Source: Polyangiaceae bacterium
Lineage (GTDB): Bacteria > Myxococcota_A > Polyangia > Polyangiales > Polyangiaceae
Reading direction: 5' to 3'
Assembly: GCA_035063585.1 (NCBI GenBank)
Contig: JAPSGB010000001.1
Coordinates: 32,001 to 96,000, forward strand
DNA: 64,000 nt
The position numbers and the translations under genes are program-made. Below the pieces are notes generated by a model, which was not told the DNA's origin, searched no databases, and saw only the letters and a program-made list of their open reading frames with translations. This document shows positions 36,633 to 45,157 of the stretch, piece by piece (the stretch's first letter is position 1; each line of letters begins with the position of its first letter).

Positions 36633-37646
36633 TCAGTTCAGGTTGTACTCGACGCGTAGGAGCTGGCGGCCGATGAACACGAAATCACCGTTCGCGAGCT
36701 CGCGCTCGGCCTTGACCCGGACGTAGGTGCCGTTGCGGCTGTCGTGGTCGGTGAGCGTGAACCTGCCGTCGCGCTCCTCGATGGTGCAGTGCTTGCTCGA
36801 CATGTAGACGTCCGACGGAAAATTGAGGTCGCCGTCCTCGCGGCCGATGTTGAGCGCGCTCCCGCGCGCGCACACCGACATGCCGACCGCGCCGCCCTCG
36901 AGGAGCTGGTTCACGCGGAACGCGCTCGGGTACTTCGGCGACGAATAGAAGAAGGTGCCGTCCTGATCGGCGCCGTCGGAGGACTTCGGGGTCGGATCGA
37001 CGCGGAACACCTCTTCGCCGAGCAGGAAGGTGTCGCCCGGCGCGAGCTCGACGCTGCCGCGCACGCGGATGTACACGCCGTTCAGCGAGCCCTCGTCACG
37101 GATCACGAGCTTGCCGTCGCGATAGAAGAAGTTCGCGTGCTTCGGGGAGACGTAGGGATCGTTCGGGAACTCGAGCTGCCCCTGGCGCCCGACGAGGTGC
37201 TCGTCGGCGGCCAGGTGGAAGATGGCGCCGTCGAGGCCCTCGCCGCGGATCACGACCACGCGGGCCTTCTCGGGGTTCTGCAGCTCGTTGAAGTAGTTCA
37301 CCTGCAGCGTGAGGATCTCGTCCGGCACCGGCTGCCCGCAGCGGCCGCAGAACTTGTGACCGCTCGGCACGGGGGTCATGCACGAGTTACAGACGTAGTG
37401 CTTGGCTTGATCCATCAGCTCCTCCTCCGAAAGCCCACCGACCGACGGGCCCGGACCTCGGCGTGCCGAGCCTTGATCGAATTTCCCCGAATGGGAACCC
37501 GGTTCGTCACGCGGGGGCGGCTGCGAGGGCAGGCCGCCCTCCAGCACGAGCGCCGTCCCGCAGCCGGGGCAGGACCGCGTCATCATCGGGCTAAAGGCGT
37601 CGCAGCGCCCGCAGACGATGCCAATCTCGAGCGCGCTCGTCGCCAT
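36633..37646 (-). CDS. Zinc-ribbon protein with two FHA domains
   Basis: CGRC..CPGC and CNSC..CGRC; VGR...VSPKHA...SLNGVY and IGR...MSSKHC...SRNGTY. Confidence 0.88.
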   Translation of the reverse strand: MATSALEIGIVCGRCDAFSPMMTRSCPGCGTALVLEGGLPSQPPPRDEPGSHSGKFDQGSARRGPGPSVGGLSEEELMDQAKHYVCNSCMTPVPSGHKFCGRCGQPVPDEILTLQVNYFNELQNPEKARVVVIRGEGLDGAIFHLAADEHLVGRQGQLEFPNDPYVSPKHANFFYRDGKLVIRDEGSLNGVYIRVRGSVELAPGDTFLLGEEVFRVDPTPKSSDGADQDGTFFYSSPKYPSAFRVNQLLEGGAVGMSVCARGSALNIGREDGDLNFPSDVYMSSKHCTIEERDGRFTLTDHDSRNGTYVRVKAERELANGDFVFIGRQLLRVEYNLN

Positions 37647-37695
37647 CCGGGGTGATCCAGGGTACGGGGCTCGATCGAGGCTGGCAAGCCGAGCG

Positions 37696-38340
37696 CTAGC
37701 GGAGAAACTCGAAGCGCCGGCCGTCGTCGAAGAAGCCGTTCCGGCCTACTAGCCGGAAGAGCACCGTCTCCGCGCAGCTGGCGCGCTCCACCGTGCCGAA
37801 ATCACGAGAATCATACGGGAATAGTCGATTGTCGCTGACCAGGTACACCTTCCCCGGGGCGACCTTCGTCTGGCGCTGCTGCGGGGCCAGCTTGCTGTCC
37901 CCGCGTCCGCCGCGCATCGAGGTGTGACCGGCGAGCTCCTCCACCGAACAGGGCTGGGTGACCTCGCGCCCGGTCCGCGGCTCTTTCGCGACGAACGTCT
38001 GCTCGGTGCAGGAGCGCTCCGTCCCGGAGGCCTTGCCGTTCACGATGACCCGATCGCCGTCCACCGTGATGTCGTCACCCTCCTCGCCGTAGAGCCGCCC
38101 GATCACCATGCGGCCGGGCGCGTTCGGCTCCGGGCACATCACGAGATCGCCGAACGAGGGCTTGGTCGCCCGCCAGAGGATGATGACGTCCCCGCCCTCG
38201 AGGGTAGGGGCGACCGAGGCCTCGAGGTACGGGTCATTTTCAGGGACCGTCCACCAGCGCAGCAAGAACCCCCGCGCCAGCCCGATGAGCGCGCCGACGA
38301 TCACGGCCGTCCAGGCGAGAAAGCGGGCGAGTTTTCTCAT
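37696..38340 (-). CDS. Signal peptidase I (S26)-like protein lacking the catalytic Lys
   Basis: Box B SVAPTLEGGD, box E SDNR..PYDSRDFG; box D reads VIGRLYGEEGD instead of KR. Confidence 0.75.
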   Translation of the reverse strand: MRKLARFLAWTAVIVGALIGLARGFLLRWWTVPENDPYLEASVAPTLEGGDVIILWRATKPSFGDLVMCPEPNAPGRMVIGRLYGEEGDDITVDGDRVIVNGKASGTERSCTEQTFVAKEPRTGREVTQPCSVEELAGHTSMRGGRGDSKLAPQQRQTKVAPGKVYLVSDNRLFPYDSRDFGTVERASCAETVLFRLVGRNGFFDDGRRFEFLR

Positions 38341-38389
38341 GGCGCGCCCGAAATCGTAGCGCACCCGGCAGACGCGGGCACTTTCTCGC

Positions 38390-39232
38390 CTACTCGCAGC
38401 CGGCGATGGGCGGGAGCTCCGCCAGGCTCGCGCCCTCCGACACCAGCTTCGCCGCGGCGAACACCGGGCGCCAGCGATCGAGCCGGGTGAAGACGGAGGG
38501 CCCGGTCGTCTGCTCGGTCGTGTCCATCACGCTCCTCGAGATGACGCCGACGACCGCGCCCGTCTCGAGGTCGAGCGCGGGCCCACCCGAGTCCCCCGGG
38601 CAGATCGAGGCCTCGACGCGAAAACGGGTGGCGTCGACCTGCCCTATGGGCCCTCCTAGGCGCTGGCGCCGGCGGATCCCGTCGGCCGACCGCGCGCAGC
38701 GGCCGAACCCGACCGGGCGGATCTCCTCGCCCGCGCGCGGCTCGTGCTCGAGCGCCGGCGCGCGGGTGGCGACGCCGGTGAGCCGGCGCTCGAGCACCAG
38801 GATGGCGATGTCCCCGCGGTTCGCGGCGTAGCCGCAGGCCGGCGCGACCACCGCGCGCACCCGGACCTCACCCCAGGGCAGGTAGTCCCCTCCGAGCTCC
38901 ACGCGCAGCCGCTCCGGCTCGACGTCGCGCGGCAGCATGTCGCCGCGGGCGTCACGCGCGCTGACGCAGTGATGCGCGGTGAGCACCTGATCCTCCTCGA
39001 TGAGCGTGCCGGTGCAGGTCACGCCGTCCGCCACCACGCGCACCACCGCGTCGTCCTCGCTGGCAAGCGAGAGCGGGGGCGCGCGCTCGAGCTCGCGGCT
39101 CGCGCCATCGGGAGACGCGGCGGGCAGCGCGGGCGGCAGCTGGCTCGGCCTCGCGCCGAGACGCGCGCACCCGACGCCAGCGGAAGCTCCGGCGAGCACC
39201 AGCGCGGTCGCAGCGCGGCGGAAAACGGGCAT
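38390..39232 (-). CDS. S1 (trypsin-like) serine protease, probable lipoprotein
   Basis: CTGTLI, LTAHHC, DIAIL and CPGDSGGP; GVGC lipobox-like; start 39232 or 39262. Confidence 0.88.
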   Translation of the reverse strand: MPVFRRAATALVLAGASAGVGCARLGARPSQLPPALPAASPDGASRELERAPPLSLASEDDAVVRVVADGVTCTGTLIEEDQVLTAHHCVSARDARGDMLPRDVEPERLRVELGGDYLPWGEVRVRAVVAPACGYAANRGDIAILVLERRLTGVATRAPALEHEPRAGEEIRPVGFGRCARSADGIRRRQRLGGPIGQVDATRFRVEASICPGDSGGPALDLETGAVVGVISRSVMDTTEQTTGPSVFTRLDRWRPVFAAAKLVSEGASLAELPPIAGCE

Positions 39233-39357
39233 CAGCCGCTCATATCCTAGCTCACCCGTCATCTGCCTGCGCTCACCATCGACAGCACGATCCATGATCG
39301 ACACCGCTCCCCGGAAGGAAGTTCCGACACCGCACGGCGCGCCCGGCTTGGATGTTT

Positions 39358-39375
39358 GTGTCGGTCCGGCGCGAA
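39358..39375 (+). repeat. Dispersed motif copy 7 (GTGTCGGTCCGGCGCGAA), intergenic
   Basis: Core with a single G deletion. Confidence 0.75.
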
Positions 39376-39414
39376 GCCGAGTGGGTCGATGTCGGCGCAG
39401 GTGCGCTCCCGGCG

Positions 39415-40500
39415 TCAGGGCGCGAGCACGAGATCGTCTTTGTGCACGACGACGAGCTCCGCGGCGCGCGCGCCGAACCGCGCCTCGAGCTCCGCGCCCT
39501 TGAGGCCGGCGGCGCGCGCGACGTCGAGCGCGCCGAGTCGAGTGAGCCCGCGCCCCACCTCGACGTCGCGCCGGTCGACCAGGCGCACCGAGTCGCCGGG
39601 GTTGAACTGGCCGCGCACCCCGACCACGCCGACCGGTAAGAGGCTGCTCCGACCGCTTGCGAGCGCGCGGACCGCGCCGTCGTCGAGCAGCACCGTGCCG
39701 CTCGGCCGGAGCGTGTACGCGATCCAGTGTTTTCGCGCGCGGAGCGCGGTATCGCTGGGGCAAAAGAGCGTGCCGACGTCCGCGCCGCCGGCCGCGTCGC
39801 GCAAGACCCCCGGGCGAGCAGCCCTCGCGATGACCACCCAGGCCCCGGCTCGAGCGGCCTTGCGCGCAGCGTCGATCTTGCTCGCGATCCCGCCGCTGCC
39901 GACGCTCCGCGCGGCCGGAAGCGCGCCGATCTCGACGCCGTCCTTCATCACCGGGATGCGTGCGCCGGAGGCGTCGAGGACGCCCTCGACGTCGGTGAGC
40001 AGCACGAGCAGCTCGGCGCCGACCAGCGGCACCACCATCGCCGCGAGCTGGTCATTGTCGCCGAAGTGGATCTCCTCGGTGGCGACGGTGTCGTTCTCGT
40101 TGATGATCGGCACCGCGCCTGCCTCGAGGAGCGCCGCCAGCGCCTCGCGCGCGTTGTTCAGGCGCTCGCGATGCGCGAGGTCGGCGTGGGTGAGCAGGAC
40201 CTGCGCGACGGTGAGGCCGTGCCCCGAGAAGGCCTCGTCCCAGCAGCGCATGAGCTCACTCTGTCCGGCGGCGGCTGCGGCTTGCAGCCGCGCCATCTCG
40301 CGCGGGCGCGCGCGATAACCGAGCCGGCGCCAACCCATCGCGATGGCGCCGCTCGACACCACCACGATCGAGCGCCCCTGCCGCGTGAGCTCGGCGACCT
40401 CCGCGGCGAACGCGTCGAGGAACGCCGGGGCTTCGGCGAGCGTGCGCGAGCCGAGCTTGACGACCACGTGGCGCGCTTCGGCGAGTCGGTCCCGGGCCAT
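39415..40500 (-). CDS. proB: Glutamate 5-kinase
   Basis: VVKLGS, VSSGAI, AAAGQ, PIINENDTV, FGDNDQLA and C-terminal PUA domain (VVHKDDLV). Confidence 0.96.
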   Translation of the reverse strand: MARDRLAEARHVVVKLGSRTLAEAPAFLDAFAAEVAELTRQGRSIVVVSSGAIAMGWRRLGYRARPREMARLQAAAAAGQSELMRCWDEAFSGHGLTVAQVLLTHADLAHRERLNNAREALAALLEAGAVPIINENDTVATEEIHFGDNDQLAAMVVPLVGAELLVLLTDVEGVLDASGARIPVMKDGVEIGALPAARSVGSGGIASKIDAARKAARAGAWVVIARAARPGVLRDAAGGADVGTLFCPSDTALRARKHWIAYTLRPSGTVLLDDGAVRALASGRSSLLPVGVVGVRGQFNPGDSVRLVDRRDVEVGRGLTRLGALDVARAAGLKGAELEARFGARAAELVVVHKDDLVLAP

Positions 40501-40537
40501 GGTGCGGCCCGCACCTTTGACAGCGCCCGCCGCGGCG

Positions 40538-41422
40538 TCAAGCAGGAGCGAGCGGCGCGAGCTCGACGATCGGCGCCCCGAGCTCGAGCGCCACCTCGAC
40601 GAGCGCGCTCGGATCGCCGGCGGCACCGACCTCGACGACGAGCCGCGCGCCGTCGGGCGAGGCCCGCGTGGGCGCGAAGCCGCGCTCGGCGAGCGCGGCG
40701 GCGAAGGCCGCGGCGTGGCGCGTCACCCGCACGAGGTAGCGCGGGGCCCGCCCGAGCGCGGTCTCTGCCGAGCCCTCCGCGACCACGCGCCCGGCCTGGA
40801 GCACGATGACCTCGCCGAGCGCGTCGAGGAGGTTCTTGGCGGCGCCGGTCGCCGGAGCGGTCTCGACGCTCACGATGAGCCGGTGCCGCGCGCGCGCGCG
40901 CTCGAGCACCGCGAGCATCGCCTGCTCGGCGGGCTCGTCGAGCCCGGCGAGCGGAGCCTCGACCGCGAGCACCGGCGGCGCGCCGAGCGCGGCCTCGGCG
41001 AGCGAGCAGGCGCGCCGCTCGAAGGGCGTGAGCGACGAGCAAGGGCGAGCGGCGAGCGCGGTGAGCCCGAGCTCCTCGAGCGCGCGGCTCACCTCGGCGC
41101 GCGCGCCGCGCGCCGGGACCCCGGCGAGGCGCGCGGCGTAGGCGAGCCATCTTCGAACCTCCCACGCGGGGGGCCGCGCCGCGCTGCGCGGCGCGAGTCC
41201 CACCCGACCGCTCGACGCGGCGAGCCGCGCGGGCGCGCCGCCGATCTCCGCCCGTCCCGAGGCGAGCGTGGCCTGCCCGCCGAGCAGCGCGAAGAGCGGC
41301 GACCACGCGCCCACCAAGCCGAGCTCGGGCGCGGAGCTCCCGCACGACACCCCGTCGAGGAGCACCGCGCCGCCGGCGTCGATGCGCGCCGCGTCGAGGA
41401 GGAGGAGCGGCGCGTCGCTCAT
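40538..41422 (-). CDS. Degenerate ABC-ATPase-like protein
   Basis: ABC-like layout (LLDGVS, LGLVG, SGRAEIGG, LAVEAPLAGLD, VLQAGRVVAEG) but no GKS/T, LSGGQ or DEP. Confidence 0.6.
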   Translation of the reverse strand: MSDAPLLLLDAARIDAGGAVLLDGVSCGSSAPELGLVGAWSPLFALLGGQATLASGRAEIGGAPARLAASSGRVGLAPRSAARPPAWEVRRWLAYAARLAGVPARGARAEVSRALEELGLTALAARPCSSLTPFERRACSLAEAALGAPPVLAVEAPLAGLDEPAEQAMLAVLERARARHRLIVSVETAPATGAAKNLLDALGEVIVLQAGRVVAEGSAETALGRAPRYLVRVTRHAAAFAAALAERGFAPTRASPDGARLVVEVGAAGDPSALVEVALELGAPIVELAPLAPA

Positions 41423-43935
41423 GGCTCGATGGTCGTAAGCTCCATGAGCGCCATCGGCTTGTCACCCGGGTAGATGACGAATGGCCCGAGCGCGCGCACC
41501 ATGTCGAGGAGCTGGGAGGGCACCGCCGCGGTCACTTCCTCATGGACACCCTCGAGCCCGAGCAGACGCCCGAGGAGCGTGGTGTCGGGCGGCGGCAGCT
41601 CCTCGATGGGCGCGTAGTCCGGCAGCTCGCCGAGCGCTCGCGCCGCGGCGAGCGCCTGGCGCAGCCCTCCGAGCTCGTCGACGAGCCCGTTTGCCTGAGC
41701 TTGCCGCCCCGTCCACACCCGGCCCTGGCCGAGCTCATCGACCGCCTTCCGGGTCATGTGGCGCCCTTCGGCCACCCGCGAGAGAAATACCTCGTAGAAC
41801 TGCCCGACCTTGCGCTCGAGCTCTTGCCGCTCTTCAGGGGTGAACGGACGATAGATGCTCTCGGCGTCGGCGCGCGGCGCGGTCTTGTACGTCTCCACGC
41901 TGACCCCGAGCTTGCGAAGCAAGCCGACCACGTCCGCCTTCCCGTAAAAGATCCCGATGCTGCCGGTGAGGGTGAGCGGGTTGGCGAAGATGCGCGTGGC
42001 GGGCGCCGACACGTAGTAGCCGCCGCTCGCTGCATACGTGCCCATGCTCACCACTACCGGCTTCACCTTCGCGGTGAGCGCGACCTCGCGCCACATGACG
42101 TCCGCCGCCATCGACGAGCCGCCGGGAGACTCCACCCGCAGCACGACGGCCCCGACGCCGGAGTCCTCGCGCACCTTCTCGAGCGTCTCCGCGATGGTGT
42201 ACGAGCCGGCGAGCCGCGTGCCGACGAGCGGGATGGTTCGGCTGCGCCCGTCGATCATGTCGCCATCGACGTAGACGAGCGCGAGCCGCCGCCCGCGCCC
42301 GAACCGCTCGGGCGCGCGGCCGCTCGGAGCGTCGTCGAGGAGCGTCGTCGGACGACCGACCAGCTCGTCGACTGCCGCCTCGAGCTCGTCGTCGAAAGCG
42401 AAGCCGTCCACGAGACCCGCGGCGCGCGCTTCCTGGGCGATGAACGGACCTTGCGCGATGCGCTCGCGGAGCGCCGGGATGCCGAGCCGTCGCCCGGCTG
42501 CCACGCCGCGCATGAACTCGAGCTCGTACTGCTGGAGGAGATTGATGGTGTCCGCGCGCGCGACGTCGCTCGCGCCGTCGCGGGTGAACTGCTCGGGCGC
42601 GCTCTTGTGCGCGCCGATACGCACGAAATCCGCACGAATCCCGAGCTTCTCGAGGAGCCCGGCGAAGTAGAGGTGCTGCATGCGGAGCCCGGCGAAGCGC
42701 AGGCCGCCGGCGGGGTTCATGAGGGTGCGGCTAGCCGCCGCGCAGAGGTAGAGCTCCGAGCCGCCCGCGTCCTCGAGGTGACAGAGCACGCGCTTGCCAC
42801 GCGCGCGCAGGTGCTGGATGGCGTCACGGAGCTCCTCGACGTGCGCGAGCGAGCTCCCGGGCGCGCTGCGGAGCTCGAGCACGACCGCGTCGACGGTCGG
42901 CTCGTCGTCGGCGAGCTCCCAGAGCCGCTCGAGCAGCGCGACGTGCCCGCGATTGCTCGGGGTGTCCTCGATGCGCACGCGCACCGCGCTCCGCGGAGCC
43001 TCCTGCCCCGCCGGTTCGCGAAAGCCGCGGAACGCCGCGCCCGTCTCGAGCCCGTAGGAGCCACGAGCCCCGAGGCCGGTGCCGGTGACGCCGCCGCCCG
43101 ACACCTCCATCGAGCCGCCCGGACCGCTCAGGTAGATGGCGAGCGCTGCCGACGCGGTCCACGCGCGGCGCGCGGCGCTCGCCGGATCGCTCATCGCAAA
43201 ATCGCCGCGCAGGCGGCCGAAGGGCGGAAGATCGACGCCGAGCGTCGCGCGCGGCACCCACACCCCGTTGCCCTCGTCGAGGTACTTCCCCTCGAGCCCG
43301 AGCTCGAGCGCGCGGGTGCCGAGCGGACGCACCGCCGCCGCCAGCTCGAAGGCCGGCGCGAGCCGGTAGCCGGACTGGCTCCGCGGCGCGTTGAGGTCGT
43401 GCGCGACCAGTGAGAGCCCGAGCCCGTTCCACGGCCGCAAGGACCAGGCGGCAGACCACGACGCGAGCCCGTGCGCCGAGGGGGCGTCCGAGTACGAGCG
43501 CTGGAGCGAGACGCCGAGCGCAGCGGCGTCCGAGCCGAAGGCGAGCCCCCAGGTGAGCCACTGGTAGGCGGCCGAGAACCCGCCGGCGCGCGCCGCGTCG
43601 GGCGGCGACATCACGTCCACGCGGAGCCCGGTCGAGAGCGACAACAGCCGGATCGGGAAGCCGAACGCGAAGGCGTGCCCCTGCCACGGCACCGTGTCGC
43701 GCTCGGGGAGGAAGAGGCCCGACCAGCGGAGCTCCGCGCCCGGGAGAAAGGCGAGGTTGGCGGGGTTCGCAGCGAGCGCCGTGGTGTCGTCGGTGCCGGC
43801 CACGCCGCGGCCGAGCGCCGGTAGCCGCTCGGGCCGCGCGAGTGGCGCCTGGGCGCGGGCGACGCCGCAGACGCCGAGCGTCGCGAAGAGCGCCGCGCCG
43901 AGCGCGAGCGCGAGGCTGCTCGAGCGTGCGCTCAC
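41419..43935 (-). CDS. sppA: Signal peptide peptidase SppA (two S49 domains) with large N-terminal beta-barrel-like domain
   Basis: IGAHKSAPE, RVESPGGS, SMGTYAASGGYY, TGSIGI and GRVWTG.QA...GLVD; GTG start overlapping the UGPase stop. Confidence 0.88.
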   Translation of the reverse strand: MSARSSSLALALGAALFATLGVCGVARAQAPLARPERLPALGRGVAGTDDTTALAANPANLAFLPGAELRWSGLFLPERDTVPWQGHAFAFGFPIRLLSLSTGLRVDVMSPPDAARAGGFSAAYQWLTWGLAFGSDAAALGVSLQRSYSDAPSAHGLASWSAAWSLRPWNGLGLSLVAHDLNAPRSQSGYRLAPAFELAAAVRPLGTRALELGLEGKYLDEGNGVWVPRATLGVDLPPFGRLRGDFAMSDPASAARRAWTASAALAIYLSGPGGSMEVSGGGVTGTGLGARGSYGLETGAAFRGFREPAGQEAPRSAVRVRIEDTPSNRGHVALLERLWELADDEPTVDAVVLELRSAPGSSLAHVEELRDAIQHLRARGKRVLCHLEDAGGSELYLCAAASRTLMNPAGGLRFAGLRMQHLYFAGLLEKLGIRADFVRIGAHKSAPEQFTRDGASDVARADTINLLQQYELEFMRGVAAGRRLGIPALRERIAQGPFIAQEARAAGLVDGFAFDDELEAAVDELVGRPTTLLDDAPSGRAPERFGRGRRLALVYVDGDMIDGRSRTIPLVGTRLAGSYTIAETLEKVREDSGVGAVVLRVESPGGSSMAADVMWREVALTAKVKPVVVSMGTYAASGGYYVSAPATRIFANPLTLTGSIGIFYGKADVVGLLRKLGVSVETYKTAPRADAESIYRPFTPEERQELERKVGQFYEVFLSRVAEGRHMTRKAVDELGQGRVWTGRQAQANGLVDELGGLRQALAAARALGELPDYAPIEELPPPDTTLLGRLLGLEGVHEEVTAAVPSQLLDMVRALGPFVIYPGDKPMALMELTTIEP

Positions 43936-45077
43936 GGCACCATCCCGCGGGCGCGCGCGAGGACCTCGAGCGCCTCGCGGCGCGCGGAGAGCTCGGCGGT
44001 GTCTTTCACTGGGAGAAAGCGCGACTGCGCGCCCACGCGCGGCACCATGAGGAAGCGTGTCTCGAGGGAGCTGGTCACCTCGCCGATCAGACGTTCGAAC
44101 TGGATCACGGTCGACTCCTCCACCTGCTTCTCCACGGAAAACCACGTGAACTCGAGCTCCGCTTCGAGCAGCGCCCGCGCATCGAAATGAAAGGTGTTGG
44201 TGTTGAACACGCGCACCGCGTCGGGCTCGAAGCCGCGTGGCAAGCGGAACTCCTCGAGCACCACCAGGCGCCCGTCGAGGCGCACCGGGATGCCGCCGCG
44301 ATCGGCGCCGACCTTCTCGACCACCTCGCAGGTCGCGGGCGCGCCGTGCTCGAGGTGCCAGCCGAGGATCGCCGGGTCGAGCCCGGCCCCGAGGTTGTCG
44401 AGGTTCGCGACCAGCACCGTCCGCCCGCCGCGCGCGACGAAGCGCTCGAGCAAGCCGCTCGCGCGGAGCGCGCCGGGCAAGTCGCCGTGGCCGCAGGCAT
44501 AGAGGCTCGGCGCACCCCGGGCGTCGAGATGGAGCGCTCCCGACCGCGTGAGCCGGAGCGAGGAGTCTTGCGTGAACACCGCGACCCGATCCCCTTCCGA
44601 GCGCGCGCCGAGCGCAGCGCGGAGCGGCGCGTCGGAGGCGTGGCTGCTCATGAGCCAGAGCGGCGCCGCACGCCCGACCCGAGCCGCGAGCGCCTCGCGC
44701 TCGCGCAGGCGAAGCTCGAGGAAGGTCCGACCCGGCAGCGCCTCGACCAGCGCCTTCACGACGCCGCCCATGCGCGTCGCCATCCCGCCGGCCAGCACAC
44801 AGAGCGCCGCCTCGCCGCGCGCGAGCGCCGCGAGCCCGCGCTCCTCGAGCCGCGCGCGCTCGGCCGAGCCGAGCTCCGGCAGCGAGCCGAGGTCGCCCGG
44901 CGACGGCGGCGCGACGACGCCTCCGACCCGGTTCGTTTCCGCGCCGGACCGACCCAACAGAAAGTTGCTCGCGAGGCTGAGCAAGCGCGCCTCGTCGAAG
45001 CGATGGCGCGAGAGCTCGGCGCGAAGCTCGGGCGGCAGCGCGGCGAGCTGTCGTGAGAGCGCCTCGCTCATGCTCAT
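43932..45077 (-). CDS. UTP-sugar-1-phosphate uridylyltransferase, eukaryote-like UDPGP family
   Basis: LAGGMATRMGGVVKA, CGHGD, ANLDNL, KVGADRGG, FNTNTF and RFLPVK. Confidence 0.85.
   Translation of the reverse strand: MSMSEALSRQLAALPPELRAELSRHRFDEARLLSLASNFLLGRSGAETNRVGGVVAPPSPGDLGSLPELGSAERARLEERGLAALARGEAALCVLAGGMATRMGGVVKALVEALPGRTFLELRLREREALAARVGRAAPLWLMSSHASDAPLRAALGARSEGDRVAVFTQDSSLRLTRSGALHLDARGAPSLYACGHGDLPGALRASGLLERFVARGGRTVLVANLDNLGAGLDPAILGWHLEHGAPATCEVVEKVGADRGGIPVRLDGRLVVLEEFRLPRGFEPDAVRVFNTNTFHFDARALLEAELEFTWFSVEKQVEESTVIQFERLIGEVTSSLETRFLMVPRVGAQSRFLPVKDTAELSARREALEVLARARGMVP
44934..44955 (-). repeat. Dispersed motif copy 8, inside the UGPase N-terminal region
   Basis: Exact core at 44937-44950; encodes G-R-S-G-A-E. 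Confidence 0.85.
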
Positions 45078-45157
45078 CCACGGTAGCACTCCTCGAGGGA
45101 TACCGGGGCGCGCGCTCGCGCTCCGCTCGCCCGCCCGATCGGTGCTAGCCTGGGCCG

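Noticed and set aside
41419..45081. 1220-aa ORF as a single giant protein
   Set aside because: The N-terminal ~380 aa are an Arg/Ala-rich off-frame shadow of the UGPase gene; SppA starts at GTG 43935 with a signal peptide
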